Part shown: piece after piece, positions 1 through 12,053 of the stretch | Position numbering within the stretch: the first letter of the stretch is position 1 | How the letters are laid out: the number at the start of each line of letters is the position of its first letter | DNA from: Eledone cirrhosa | Taxonomy: Eukaryota | Assembly: GCA_964016885.1 (NCBI GenBank) | Contig: OZ024764.1 | Location: forward strand, 22,506,001 to 22,570,000 | Length of the DNA: 64,000 bases | Reading direction: 5' to 3' | Translations under genes and position numbers: made by a program | Notes under the pieces: generated by a model | What the model was told of the DNA's origin: nothing | What the model saw: only the letters and a program-made list of their open reading frames with translations | Databases searched by the model: none

Positions 1-3000
1 GCATGTTCAGTGCTCTTTCTCTCCCACTGTATTTATCTGCCTCTCACATGACCACACTCCTCTCCACGCACTCATCATCTTCTCACTCCTTCTACACCTT
101 CCAAAGCTGGCCCTCTACTGCCGGCTGTTGCCAGCCCGCCACCTGATTGCGCCCTCTGTGCCCGCACTAACCAGTACTTAAAGACAATTAAGTCACCTAT
201 GCCACGCAACCTACCACAGAAGCTGTGTCGGCATCACTAAAGCTCAAGCCGAAAGGCTTCAACACTGGACCTGTCATCGGTGCCACTTCAGCTCCGACTA
301 TTCCGTGGGGATGACCAACACTCTACCGACGACTTTCCACAGTCCCCCAGGGCTTCTCCAAATCAAAGCTCGTTAACCGGACCCTTAAGAGAGCTCAGAA
401 CAGCTTTGCAGGTGCCCTCTCTAATTTACTGAAAAACGTTTGCTCATCCAACAATAGACTGGCAGATATTGTTTTTGTTTCCCCTCATCTCTCTTCACGT
501 GCACAATGCGAACTCGGGTTCCCTCAAGTCCTCTCTCAAGCGGCAGTTCCAGCTCTTTGAGTCCACCCCAACCACGTCTCATCTCAGTTCGTCTCCGAGC
601 TCGGTGTCCACCAACAGACAACCGGTAGACCTCAAGCGAGCCGTCAATGCCAAATTCAGCGAATTTGACATTAAAGGGGCTGTCCTCCCTTGCTCCATGC
701 AACTCTGACTCTCGTGAGCGTCTGAAAGAGAAGCACCCCCAGATGATCAGCAACACTGGCCCGAACCACCAGAATACTTGAGACCGGTTTACACCACCAA
801 TATCATCAGAAAGGCAATTTCATCCTTCATCCTCAACACCTCAAGGATGGTATCTCCTTATCGGCCGGTGATGCCGGACTCGAGCTCTTGGAGAGTCTGA
901 CTCAGTTTGTGAATCAGTGAACGTTCTCCCGTTCATCCGCCCACTGTTCTTCGGTGCAAAGCTATTTGGTCTCACCAAGCCCAACGGGGACCTGTGCCGC
1001 ATTGCGGTTGGCTGCACACCTCACCGCCTCACTGCAAAGGCGTGATTGCTGTTGGTCTCCAACCCACTGACGGAGGAATTTTCCCCCATCCAGCTGTGGG
1101 TGGGTACCAGGATGGGATGTGTGGCTGCTGTCCACGCTGCCAGAGCATTTGCCAACTTGCCCTCCTCATCCCCCAAGGTCATCCTCAAACTTGACCTCAG
1201 GAATGCCTTCAACTCCGTCAGCCGTAACATCGTCCTCGGCTCAGTAAGAGAGAGGGTCTCACAACTCTACCACTTTGCTTGGCAGGCTTATCGGGAGCCC
1301 TCCTACCTCTCTTTCAGTGACTAGATCATCACCTCTGCCTCAGGAGTCCAACAGGGTGACCCACTCGGAACCCCCCCTCACTGGACATTGATGACGTCAC
1401 CAAGATGGGGGTTGAGTTGGACCTCAATGTCTGGTAGCTCGACGACGCCTGTTTGGGGGGAACTCCGGATATGGTTCTCGCCACTGCCAACAGGATGGTG
1501 GAGGAGCTTGGCGCCGGGGTCTCCAGATCAATAGCTCCAAATGTGAGCTCTGGATCCTCAACCACCCGGCTTCTTAACACCAACAGCTGATCGACCTGTT
1601 CGCAGAGTCCTTCCCTTCCATCACGGTCCCTCCCCCGTCGGCTTGGTGCTCCTTAGGAGCCCCGATCACAGACCTGGCCTTCGAGTCAACCATCCAATCG
1701 AAGATGGTTGGCCTTGAGCAGCTGCTGAGGAATATTGAAGATATCGAACGCCATCAAGGTTTCTTCTTACTCAGGAACTACCTGTCTATTCCTAAGCTTC
1801 TGTATCTGCTCAGGGTCAGCCCCTCTCACAGATTTCCATCCTGCCTCGAACACTTCGACGACCTAATCTTCGAGAGACTCGAGTGTCTGGTTAATGTTAG
1901 TAAGTGTTCGTCCCTCTCTCTCCCCTGCTTCCTTTCCTCCACCCAAGCTTGCAGCATCCTCTCCTCTCCAACATGGACTAGTTGCAACAGGGAGTTGTGT
2001 GAAGCTCTCCAGCAATGGAGTGAGTTGGGCTTGTCTCTTCCTGAGAAGGTGGAGGACAGTCGAAGTCAGTAGAACTTGGGACAGGATACGTTGGAATGCC
2101 ACCTTCGACTCCCTCTTCGTCCTCTCAGATCAGTTTGCAAGGTGCCGCTTACCATCTGCCAGCGCCAAATACTCCGGTGACTGGGTCGATGCCTTACCCG
2201 TGGCCAACGTTGGAGGCCTACTCAGCCTGGATGAAGTTCGTGTCTCCATCACCCTCAGAGTGGGAGCTGACGTCTGCATGGGTTTGAGATGTGGCTAACT
2301 CCTCGACTCCACAGGCCCCCACAGTCTTTCTTGCTGCCTGAATGCCGGCCACTTTGCCCGTCACACGGAGCTAAACTTTATTCTGAAGAGAGCTTTGGCC
2401 CGGGCAAACATCTCCTCAGTCTTGGAACCATCTTGGTTGTCCAGAAGTGATGGCAAAAGACCTGACGGCCTTACCCTGTGCCCCTGGTCGAGAGGCAGGT
2501 GCTTAATCTGGGACGTCACTGTTTGTGACTCCTTTGCTCTTTCCCACATCCTTGATGCTGCGGTAAGGACGAGAGCTACATTTTTCAGCCTGTGGCTTTC
2601 GAGACGTTTGGGGGAGTCGGGCCGCTGACTGCGAGGTTCCTTTCCTCACTGGCGGCTCGCCTTATAGAGGTAACTGGCGAAATCGCGAGGGCGCTTGGCT
2701 GTTCCAGCACCTCAGCCTCGCCATCACCCGAGGTAACACTGCCAGTGTGCTGGCTTGCCTCAAAACTCATTAGAGAGGTTTCCCAGTACCCCTCGTTGCT
2801 GTCTTTTGCTCTGGTGTTGGCTCCGTTGTCCACCCATTCCTTTACATTTTCTTTAATATTGCAACATTGAAGGAATATATCTTTCATTATATCATCCTTT
2901 ATAGTGTTACCGAGGCATTTGTAATGTTATTTATATATTTAAAACATATTTGTTATGTTATTCTACTGTAAATTTATTTATATGCTCTGTTTATGTTTTC

Positions 3001-3108
3001 ATTCTGAAGGAACTTATCCACTTGTGTTGATATAAGTGATGCTATGACTTTCCTCTAAGCATTGTGTCATTATATATGTTATTATAAACGTGAATAAATT
3101 GAATTTAT
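1..3108 (+). mobile_element. CRE-clade (RT + restriction-like endonuclease) non-LTR retrotransposon, degenerate; 5' end outside the window
   Basis: Fragmented frames give RT motifs (KLDLRNAFNSVSR, GVQQGDP) and a C-terminal C/H-rich knuckle plus RLE motif (GKRPDGLTLCPWSRGRCLIWDVTV, FETFGGVGP). Several stops, frameshifts and deletions. AT-rich 3'UTR with AATAAA near 3094. The right junction matches the empty site at about 55610-55630. Confidence 0.85.
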
Positions 3109-3359
3109 AGTGTGATAATAGGCCACACCTCACACCCTAGGGGTTAACTACACACTTTGAGGCAAGCCAACACACTGGCAGCATTACAACGGGTGATGGT
3201 GAGGCTAAGGTGCTGAAATAACCAGGTCCCCTCACGGGTATCACCTGACGCCTCTGTAAGGTGAGGCTAAGGTGCTGAGATAACCAGGTACTCTTACTGA
3301 TATCACCTGACACCTCAGTAAGGTGAGGCTACGGTGCTGAAATAACCAGGTACCCACAC
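3109..3359 (-). mobile_element. Older CRE 3' fragment (antisense) with a 62-bp tandem amplification, about 3 copies
   Basis: Reverse strand translates to LTEASGDTREGTWLFQHLSLTITRCNAASVLACLK, homologous to the CRE C-terminus at about 2660-2765. Confidence 0.8.
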
Positions 3360-3719
3360 GGAAACGACTAGATTTGTAGAAAAAGTAGGGTGAAAGTATA
3401 CAAAGAGATGTAGTTTCACAGATCTACTCACACCTCACGTTGGATGGGAATAATTATCTTTCTTAGAATTCTTGCTATACCCCTTTTACAGTATTTTTTC
3501 TATAGACCCCTTAGATACTTGCAATAGACGTTTTATTTCCCAGTATTAGGATTAGGGTTTCCGTTTTCAGGAAGAAAAGTCGATTGCAAACATCTAAGAG
3601 GTCGAGAAATAAAATTAAGGAAAGATAATCATTTCCCAGCCAACTGGAGAAGTGTGTAGCTCTTCTAAACTCCGATAATCCTGTCTCCCACTTCTTTATC
3701 TACAAATCTAGTCGTTTCC
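3360..3719. mobile_element. About 360-bp foldback/MITE-like element
   Basis: Terminal inverted repeat GGAAACGACTAGATTTGTAGA / TCTACAAATCTAGTCGTTTCC, with further imperfect internal symmetry. Present in all four units. Confidence 0.7.
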
Positions 3720-3727
3720 TGCTACTT

Positions 3728-4350
3728 TGTTCCCTGGGGTATGCCTTAGTATTTGACACCATCTGTCTCTCTTACTGCCTAATTAGCAAGAAGTAAATCT
3801 GTCTCATGTGTTCACCTGATTGGTAGGTTATTAGGTGGTTGGTAGGTTTCTTGAAGTGTTGCAAATGGTTAGTTCACTTGCATCACAAGAAGCCTCACTC
3901 CTTCATCGTTTCTTGAGCCATAACCATGACCACCATGTACCCCAGAATATCCATCCTGGAGCTGTCCAACATGACCATTGAAGTCCCCTGCTATTATAAT
4001 TAGGTCTCTGTCATTGTGGTTATCTCTACTTATTCCTTTTCTACATATGGAGCAGGGCCACTTTCCTGAAGGTGTCAGGGTCTTCTCTCCTATCCATTAG
4101 CACTTTAGTTTTGGCTAAGTATATTCTCAGAACTTACCATTTCAAATTCTATATCTATAGCTGGTCATCTACATAGAGAAGTTTCCATAGACAGCCAGTC
4201 TTAAACCTCTCTGTTATGGCTAGGAGAACTATGATGAACAACAGTGGGCTAAGAACTAAACCATGATGAACTCCTACCTGTATCTTCAATTCCTCACTAA
4301 ACACACTTTACTGACAGCTTCTCACAAGCCATTCTTCTACACCTAATTTC
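3728..4350 (-). mobile_element. RTE-clade LINE fragments (APE endonuclease end plus a short RT piece)
   Basis: Minus-strand GDFNGHVG and GVHGGHGYGSRNDEG motifs; LWKLLYVDD resembles PWELLYADD. Decayed. Confidence 0.7.
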
Positions 4351-4355
4351 CTTAA

Positions 4356-4563
4356 TCCTTTAGTATATAAACTGGCCATATCTGGCCAGAATTGTCTCAT
4401 ATCTTTCTGTTCAAACTGGCCGTTACTGGTCACTTATACTTATGTTAAGGTATGGTTCTCCAAATAAGTAACATCAAAATTTCATAGATTTGATATTATG
4501 TGAGATAAAGCATTTACTGTGAAAATATAATAGTAAATATAGAGTAATGTGAATACTAAAGGG
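4356..4563. mobile_element. piggyBac-type MITE with TTAA target duplication
   Basis: TTAA-(T/C)CCTTTAGTAT ... ATACTAAAGGG-TTAA. The CCC end is perfect in the copies at 26386, 41518 and about 60351. Confidence 0.75.
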
Positions 4564-4754
4564 TTAATCTGATATCACTAATAACTACTTTTATCAGTCA
4601 GTTTAATCTAATGTCACTAATAACTAACCTATGTTAGTCATCACATTCTTCACCAAGGAAGGCCTTAGTATTTATTACAGTCCATTTATCAATATAGAAA
4701 TATTATATGAAATTTGTACTGATGTATTACAAGTTTCTGAGTATCTTATAATGT

Positions 4755-4770
4755 TCTTTTATTATTTCAG
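4755..4770 (+). other. Predicted 3' splice acceptor of the coding exon (also at 26839, 44355, 61155)
   Basis: ttcttttattatttcag|aatacc conserved in all four units upstream of the ZNF ATG. Confidence 0.6.
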
Positions 4771-5486
4771 AATACCGGAGGACATTGGCAATAAAGAGCA
4801 CGTTACATCAGACATATCCTCAACATTAACCATTTCTAATGAAAGACACTACCCATCATTTTCAAATAAATTTTGAAAACAATCAAAAATTTGAAGGGAT
4901 TTAATAATATAACTAAAGTTCTCAGTATTAAGCTGCTATTTGGAACATAACTTTGCACAATTTTATGAAGTTACAATGGAAAGTTTTTAGATAAATATAA
5001 AGACTGGTATGAAAAGGATAAAACACTTTTATATCAGTTGTTTCATCAACACCGTTATTTAAAGACTAAAGGAAGCTGTTATACAGTACAGATACAACCT
5101 TGTTTATATAAATCTATGGGAGAAATACTGAAAAATATTCTTTGTAAGATCTTCATATATTGACAAAGTTGATAGTAGATGGAACTACAGGAGTAGAAAT
5201 ATTTCCATTATTACAAGAATAACTAATCAAATAAAAACCAGAAAAATTAGATTCTTCACTGTCTGGAATATGTACAAGATGATTTTATATGTATATTAAA
5301 CTTGAAGAGATCTACCAAACAGTTTGTATCATCTTTAAATATAAAGAAAGACCAAAGTTGATAGAAGTATATCTGGAGGAATTTGTTTTAGGAATAATAT
5401 TATAAACATAACGAAGAAAAATATCCATATATTGCGAGGGGAAAAATATTAAAATTGTGAATTATATGAGAAACTGAGGTGATTGA

Positions 5487-6368
<882 letters not shown>

Positions 6369-6394
6369 CTGTATCAATATCAAACTCATTACAT

Positions 6395-7905
6395 CATACT
6401 ACAACAACAACAACAAATGTGTAGATCCATCATCCTTGCTAAAACTGGGGTCAACCTTGTAGGTTTTACCTAGGACAGGGATCATAAACACCAGGTTTCT
6501 ATTTTTGAAGCCGTGTTTGAAGATTTTGTGTAAATTAAAGTTTTTCACATTAAACTTTGATTTATTATACTTTAACAGGTAAGATATATATTTGTATTTT
6601 TAGTAAAGGTTTGGGAACTTCTGTAATTTAAACCTGCCAATAAAATGAAAACTTTTGTTGTTGTTAGTCAGACATTGATATTAATTCTATTGTACATTGT
6701 CTCAAATATCACAGATTAAACAGATTTTAACAATAACAACAGAAATCAATAACTTGTAAGCCTAATATCTAGCTTCCATTTTAACTATTTGATATTGTTG
6801 TTCCTCTCCTGTCTCTTCAGGTCTTTTAGATTTCAACTTCTATCTACTCTACTATTCCATCACCAAGGCAACATTCATCTTGCTGGCAGCTTACATCAGC
6901 TACAGATCTCATCAGTGGTTCACAACAGGCTGTCTGAAAGAAACTTCCAGATATCTTCTATGTCATAGCTATCAATCTCCTCCTCCTTATCATATGTATC
7001 ATGTAGAACATCTCTGAATTTATATTTAACAGGGAGATCTTTTACTATCCCTACCCTTTTCTCTAGGTTGTCTTGTACCTCTCTCACAGTCCCTCTAGAT
7101 CTTATATTTAACGGAGATATTTTACTGTCCTTACCCTTTTCTCTAGGTTGTCTTGTACCACTCTCACAGTCCCAGTAGATCTTATATTTAACAGGGAGAT
7201 GTTTTACTCTCCAACCCTTCTATCTCCAGATAGTCTTGTATCTGTCAGTCCCTCTAGATCTTACACCTAGTATCTAGTCTATGTTGAGTGGTACGTCCTT
7301 CTCCAGTAAAGGAGTTAATATTCCCAACCATCTGTCTATCCTGTTTTCTGATGAGAATGAAGTCAATCTAGTTTATCTCTTCACCTGATTGAAGTAACTA
7401 GATCAAGTAATTAGATGTTTTCCTGTAAGTTAGTGTTGCAGTGTTTGTGTCACCATGTAAGGTTTATATCTATTAATATAGAGATGTAGTAAAGTTTTCA
7501 CTGTTGTATCTCTACTTTCTAAATATCTTAATAATGTTTCTCTACTATTTCAGAATATCACATGACCTTGACAGAAAAGAGTCTTTTAAAGACAACAGAA
7601 AGATGTTACATACAAGTGATATAAACTTGTTTAGTCTGTGGTGAATTATGGTGAAATATTTCTTCTGAATTGAGATAAATAACAACATTTTCCTTTTTCA
7701 CTGTCTGGAATATTTACAAGATGATTTTACATTCTGATTAAATTTTGGATATTTACAAAGGAGTTTTCAAAATATTTGGATATTGACAAAGATCACATTT
7801 GGTAAAATTATGAACAATAGAAATATTTACATCAACATAGGAATATTTTCCAGAAGAGATGGGAAAATCATATACCACTAATATTTGTGGTAAAGTATTC
7901 TCTCT
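6395..7905 (+). pseudogene. Relic second ZNF gene (exon-1-like segment, donor at 6579, acceptor at 7553, decayed first finger)
   Basis: Shares ctacaacaaca and tgaaaacttttgttgttg with exon 1/intron 1 (21180, 21376). The acceptor and UTR are similar to 4740-5290. It ends in GKSLYHCNICGKVFS-like sequence, clearest in the copy near 47511. Confidence 0.6.
7020..7265. repeat. 82-bp minisatellite, about 3 copies
   Basis: Unit cttatatttaacagggagatcttttactatccctacccttttctctaggttgtcttgtacctctctcacagtccctctagat. Confidence 0.8.
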
Positions 7906-8046
7906 TCTTTATATGTAGAACATCTAACTAAACACTTTAACTAACAAACTATTGTGCTATAAAATTGACAAACTTGAGCAATGTTTAATAAATGTTACAG
8001 ATTTCTCCAAACTGTCGTTTACTAACTTTAATTTGAAGCTATGTTA

Positions 8047-8392
8047 TCTATATACTACTAAAACTCTGTAATTGTGTCTTGTCTAATTTAATACAGCTAA
8101 AACAGTGCATAATGGGGAAATACTTTGAAAGGAATAAAACAATTTTTGTATAAATTGGAGCACAGGTTCCCAAGATACGGGGATTTCTGGGTACCTTGAT
8201 ATATATAGGGAGAGAAAGAGATAGTGTTTGTGAGAGTGAGGGGACAGATGGAAGAGAGAGAGAGAGCTGGTGGTGTTGTTTAATAAAATGTCTGTGTGTG
8301 TATATATATATACGTATGTGTATATTTTAACTATTTAAAAATCACTTTTAAATGACTTTTAAAAAATAGTTTTAAGGGAACGTGACCCAACA
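8047..8392 (+). mobile_element. Non-autonomous Helitron, 3' end removed by deletion
   Basis: Same family as 14114-14442. A|TC 5' start, internal GA/TG/TA microsatellites. Confidence 0.6.
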
Positions 8393-8656
8393 TTAACATT
8401 AATATAAAAGATAATTATATATTTTTAGAGAAGAACTTCTAATTTCATACAGCTTAGGGCTTCAGTAGGTAAAAGTCTGCCCCTGCTTGTCTTGTATTTT
8501 TTAGGGGAGAAGTTAGGGAATACGGTTATTGTGTGAAAGTTTTCTAAATCTTCTTCAACCACTAACATGGAGAAGATATTTCAGTAAGAAGGTTCACATC
8601 CTGACATCTATAGCTGTTAACAATGAGATTGGAATTCATTATTAAACAAATGTTAT

Positions 8657-9195
8657 ATCATCATCACTGTTTAACATCAGTTTTTTCACGCTGGCATGGG
8701 TTAGACGAGTTATCCTGTTGTAAGCAAAGCCAGGTCAGGTGATAATGTGTTGCTCCTACAGAACAAATTTTGGTTTGGTTTCTGCAGCTGGATGCCCTTC
8801 CTAGCACCAACCTTATTTACATTGAGTACTGGGTGCATTTTATCATCTCACCATCAGGACCACTTTACAGTGTAGGCTGGGTGCTTTTTGTTGTGACACC
8901 TATATGACCACTTTACAGTGTGCATTGGTTACTTTTTGTTGTGACACCTACGCGACCCCTTTAAAGTTTGGGCTGGGTACTTTTTGTTGTCACCTACATA
9001 ACCACTTTACAGTGTGGACTGGTTTCTTTTTGTCATATCACCTCCATGACCACCTTATAATGTTGACTGTGTGGGCTGGTTTCTTTTTGTCATATCACCT
9101 ACATGACCACCTTATAATGTTGACTGTGTATTCTCTATAGTGTGGGTTGGGTGCTTCTTGTCATATCTCCTACCCAACCACTTTGCAGTGTGGGC
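8657..9195 (-). mobile_element. SINE/RTE-tail-like repeat followed by a 48-bp minisatellite derived from it
   Basis: The (cat)n run reads as a (GAT)n tail on the minus strand; core gctggatgcccttcctagcaccaacc; repeats of atgaccactttacagtgtgg.ctgggtgctttttgttgtgacacctac. Confidence 0.55.
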
Positions 9196-9199
9196 AGTG

Positions 9200-9760
9200 A
9201 AATATCAGTAATGCACCAGCTCCAATATTCACTAATCAGAAGAAGGGAGGTAGGCATAAAAGCCAAACTTGCTGTCTTCAATTAGGTTTTTGTGCCAACC
9301 CTTACCTATGGTCACATATCTTGGGTAATGACCAAAAGAATATGATTGGGAATACAAACGGCAGATATGGGATTCCTCTGAAGGGTCTTTGAAGGAACGT
9401 TTCTCAATAAAGTGCATAGCTCTGAGATCAGAGAGTCACTCCAGGTGGAGCTGTTACTTCTCCTAATTGAGAGATCACAGCTGCAATACTATGGCCATGT
9501 GGTTAGAACGTCTGAGGAAAGAATCACTGGATAGATTTCACAGGCAAAACTAACCGGCAGGAGACCCAGGGGTAGACCTGAGCAAGATGGTCACATAACA
9601 TCCATGAGCTTGGCTGGTCTCTCTGGGAGATCCAGCCAGACCAGTTGGAGTGGGTTGCTTCTGACAGGACCTGTTGGGGGGAGTGTTTGAGGACTCTGCC
9701 CCCAAGACCCTCTCTGGAATAAGTGGGTTAATAAGCAGAGGTTGAGGTTACATAATCAAC
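9200..9760 (+). mobile_element. RTE LINE 3' (RT thumb) fragment; copies at about 15830-16300 and 49045-49600
   Basis: Plus-strand VFVPTLTYGH..SW, QLQYYGHVVR and GRRPRGRP motifs, interrupted by stops. Confidence 0.7.
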
Positions 9761-10030
9761 ATCAGATTTCCCTGCTAGCAAGGGTTTAATGAGTCTACTT
9801 CAACCAAGTAAGTACTGAAGTGAGGCTACTGATCTCCCAGACAGACCAAGGATCTGAGACTTACTTACATAAGGTCTCATTTGCTACTGAGTGCACAGAA
9901 AAGGTTGTCATGTCTTTGTCATGATTGAAGGGTTCTCCGACACTATTGTTGGGCAAGCTTTCTATAGCTAGATGTCGTTCACATGACCAACCACATTACA
10001 GCCTGTGTTGGGTGTGTTTATCATGTAGGT

Positions 10031-12053
10031 GAGGTATAACAAACTGAGGGTTGCCCAAGGTCCACATAGGTCACATGTGTTGTCTGAGGGTTGCACACGA
10101 CAACTAAGTAGTCATTTAATAAAATATATTGCAGAAAGATTTGTTACTTAAATTTAGAAACATACAATGTACATACAAATGTTTTAGCAGCATTCATGAA
10201 TACAAAGTAATGAAGTAGTTTGACAAAAAACTAAAATTTAACATGTCAACATATACTTGCAGATTGTAACAGCAACAAATACATTGTACACAAATAACAA
10301 AAGTTGAAAACTGAACATTTATTTGCTGCTATTCAACCATTTTTAGTCTTTTGTCCTGAGGCTTGACAAGTCTTTCTGTTGACTATTTTTGGTATATCTG
10401 GCTGAAATGTCTGTACAGTTCCAACTTTAATCAGAAATGACAAGTGTTGATCAGTCAGCCTTGTTGTCTGAGAAGTTTTTGTTAAGCTAAGTACAGACTC
10501 AGTATGGGCAGTGATTTTCAGCTCTTTGCACATCAGAAAATGTATTAAATTTTCATCTGACAACGGAGACTTCCATAAGCTAAGTTTTCTAATGAAGAAC
10601 TTGATGTCATCATACAACTGAGTGATGGGTTTGTTTTTACCTTGTAATTTCAAATTAAGATCAGTTAATTGTGCAGTAATATCCATAACAAAAGCCAGAT
10701 TTTGGAGCCAACTTTCATCTTTTATTTCATCTGTGTTTTGACCTTTCATCTCCAAAAACATAATTATTTCAACAAATAGAATCTTTTCAGCACTTTGTGA
10801 CATGTCAACCAGCAGACTTCTGTGTAGAATGGAACATCGGTGAACTGATTATCCATATCTTCCAACAACTGGCTGAACTGACGGTGGTTGAGAGCATGGC
10901 CTCTGATTTAGTTCACTGTCTTTGTGACCAAGCTAAGCACATGATGCAATTTTAAAGTCTTTGAACATAAATTTTGCTGATGAATAATAGTGAAAATGTG
11001 CAAATGATGAATCTAGATATGAGTTTTCTATTTTTGTTTGTAACTTGGCAGCAACACCATTATGTCTACCAACCATATTTGCAGCACTGTCAGTAGATAA
11101 ACATGCAAGATTACTCAGATCAAAACCATGCAGACACTGCTTGACCTTCTCAAAGATGTCCTGGCTTGTTATAGTGTCATGCATGGGGACCAGTTCAATC
11201 AGTTCTTCATAAATATTAAATTCACAGTCACAGGCCCTGATGAAGAATGCAAGCTGTACTATTCCAGTGATGTCAACAGTCTCTTCAATAGCAATAGAAA
11301 CATGTTCAAACCTTGATGATACAGCCTTTAACTGTTGTTTCAGATCACCTGACATTTCATTAATCTGTTCAGCAACAGTGTTCCTGGTTAATGAAATGTC
11401 TTTGAATAACACTGCTTTCTCTGGACAATTTCAGCTGTTTTTACAAGACATTGCTTTACAAAGTCTCCTTCACTGTAAGATTTCCCACTCATGGCAATCA
11501 TTCGATTGAGTTCATAGCTTGCAGTAACGGAAGTGACATTCTCTTCCTGAATTAACATAAAACAGGTCTATTGCTGTGTCAAGTTAGACTTCAATTCCTT
11601 GAGTCTTGAAACACACATTGGGCTTTCATATTTATCGTAAGATCGAGGGTTTGTTTCATAATGTCTTTTTAAATTGTACTCTTTTGTCGTGGAGATGTAG
11701 TTGTTGCAAATTAAACTGTATCTTTCTGTTCACCATTGGGCAAAAATACTGTAATTCCCACTTTTCTTGAAACACTTGCCCTTCTTCGTTCACTTTCCTT
11801 TTTCTCTTAGCTGGAGGAGCACGAACCATTTCAAAAACAAAATCATTTGAAATTTTGAAAGAAAGTTTTCTGTTAATGAGCTGCACGTGATTAATGGAAG
11901 TTAAAAGTAGTTGACAAAAATTGCACCAAAAAAAATAATTGTATTGAAAATGTTTTAAATTTTATATTACGAAAATGAAACATGGTCGCACTGTAAAAAC
12001 CTTTGTGTGGGCCGCAGGTTTGCTTGCAAAGGGCCGCATGTTTGACATGTCTG
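10031..12053 (-). mobile_element. hAT transposon (Buster/SPIN/GTF2IRD2-like), defective
   Basis: 8-bp TSD ATGTAGGT at 10023-10030 and 12054-12061 (central TA as in Buster-type targets). End CAGACATGTCAAACATGCGGCCC. Transposase fragments KRKVNEEGQVFQEKWELQYF, EETVDITGIVQLAFFIR, STDSAANMVG, LNLKLQGK. Confidence 0.9.

Noticed and set aside
4631-4876. Conserved small ORF MLVITFFTKEGLSIYY... before each ZNF as an effector domain
   Set aside because: It spans the predicted intron/exon boundary, does not join the ZNF frame, ends differently in each unit and has an early stop in unit 4. Similarity reflects recent duplication.
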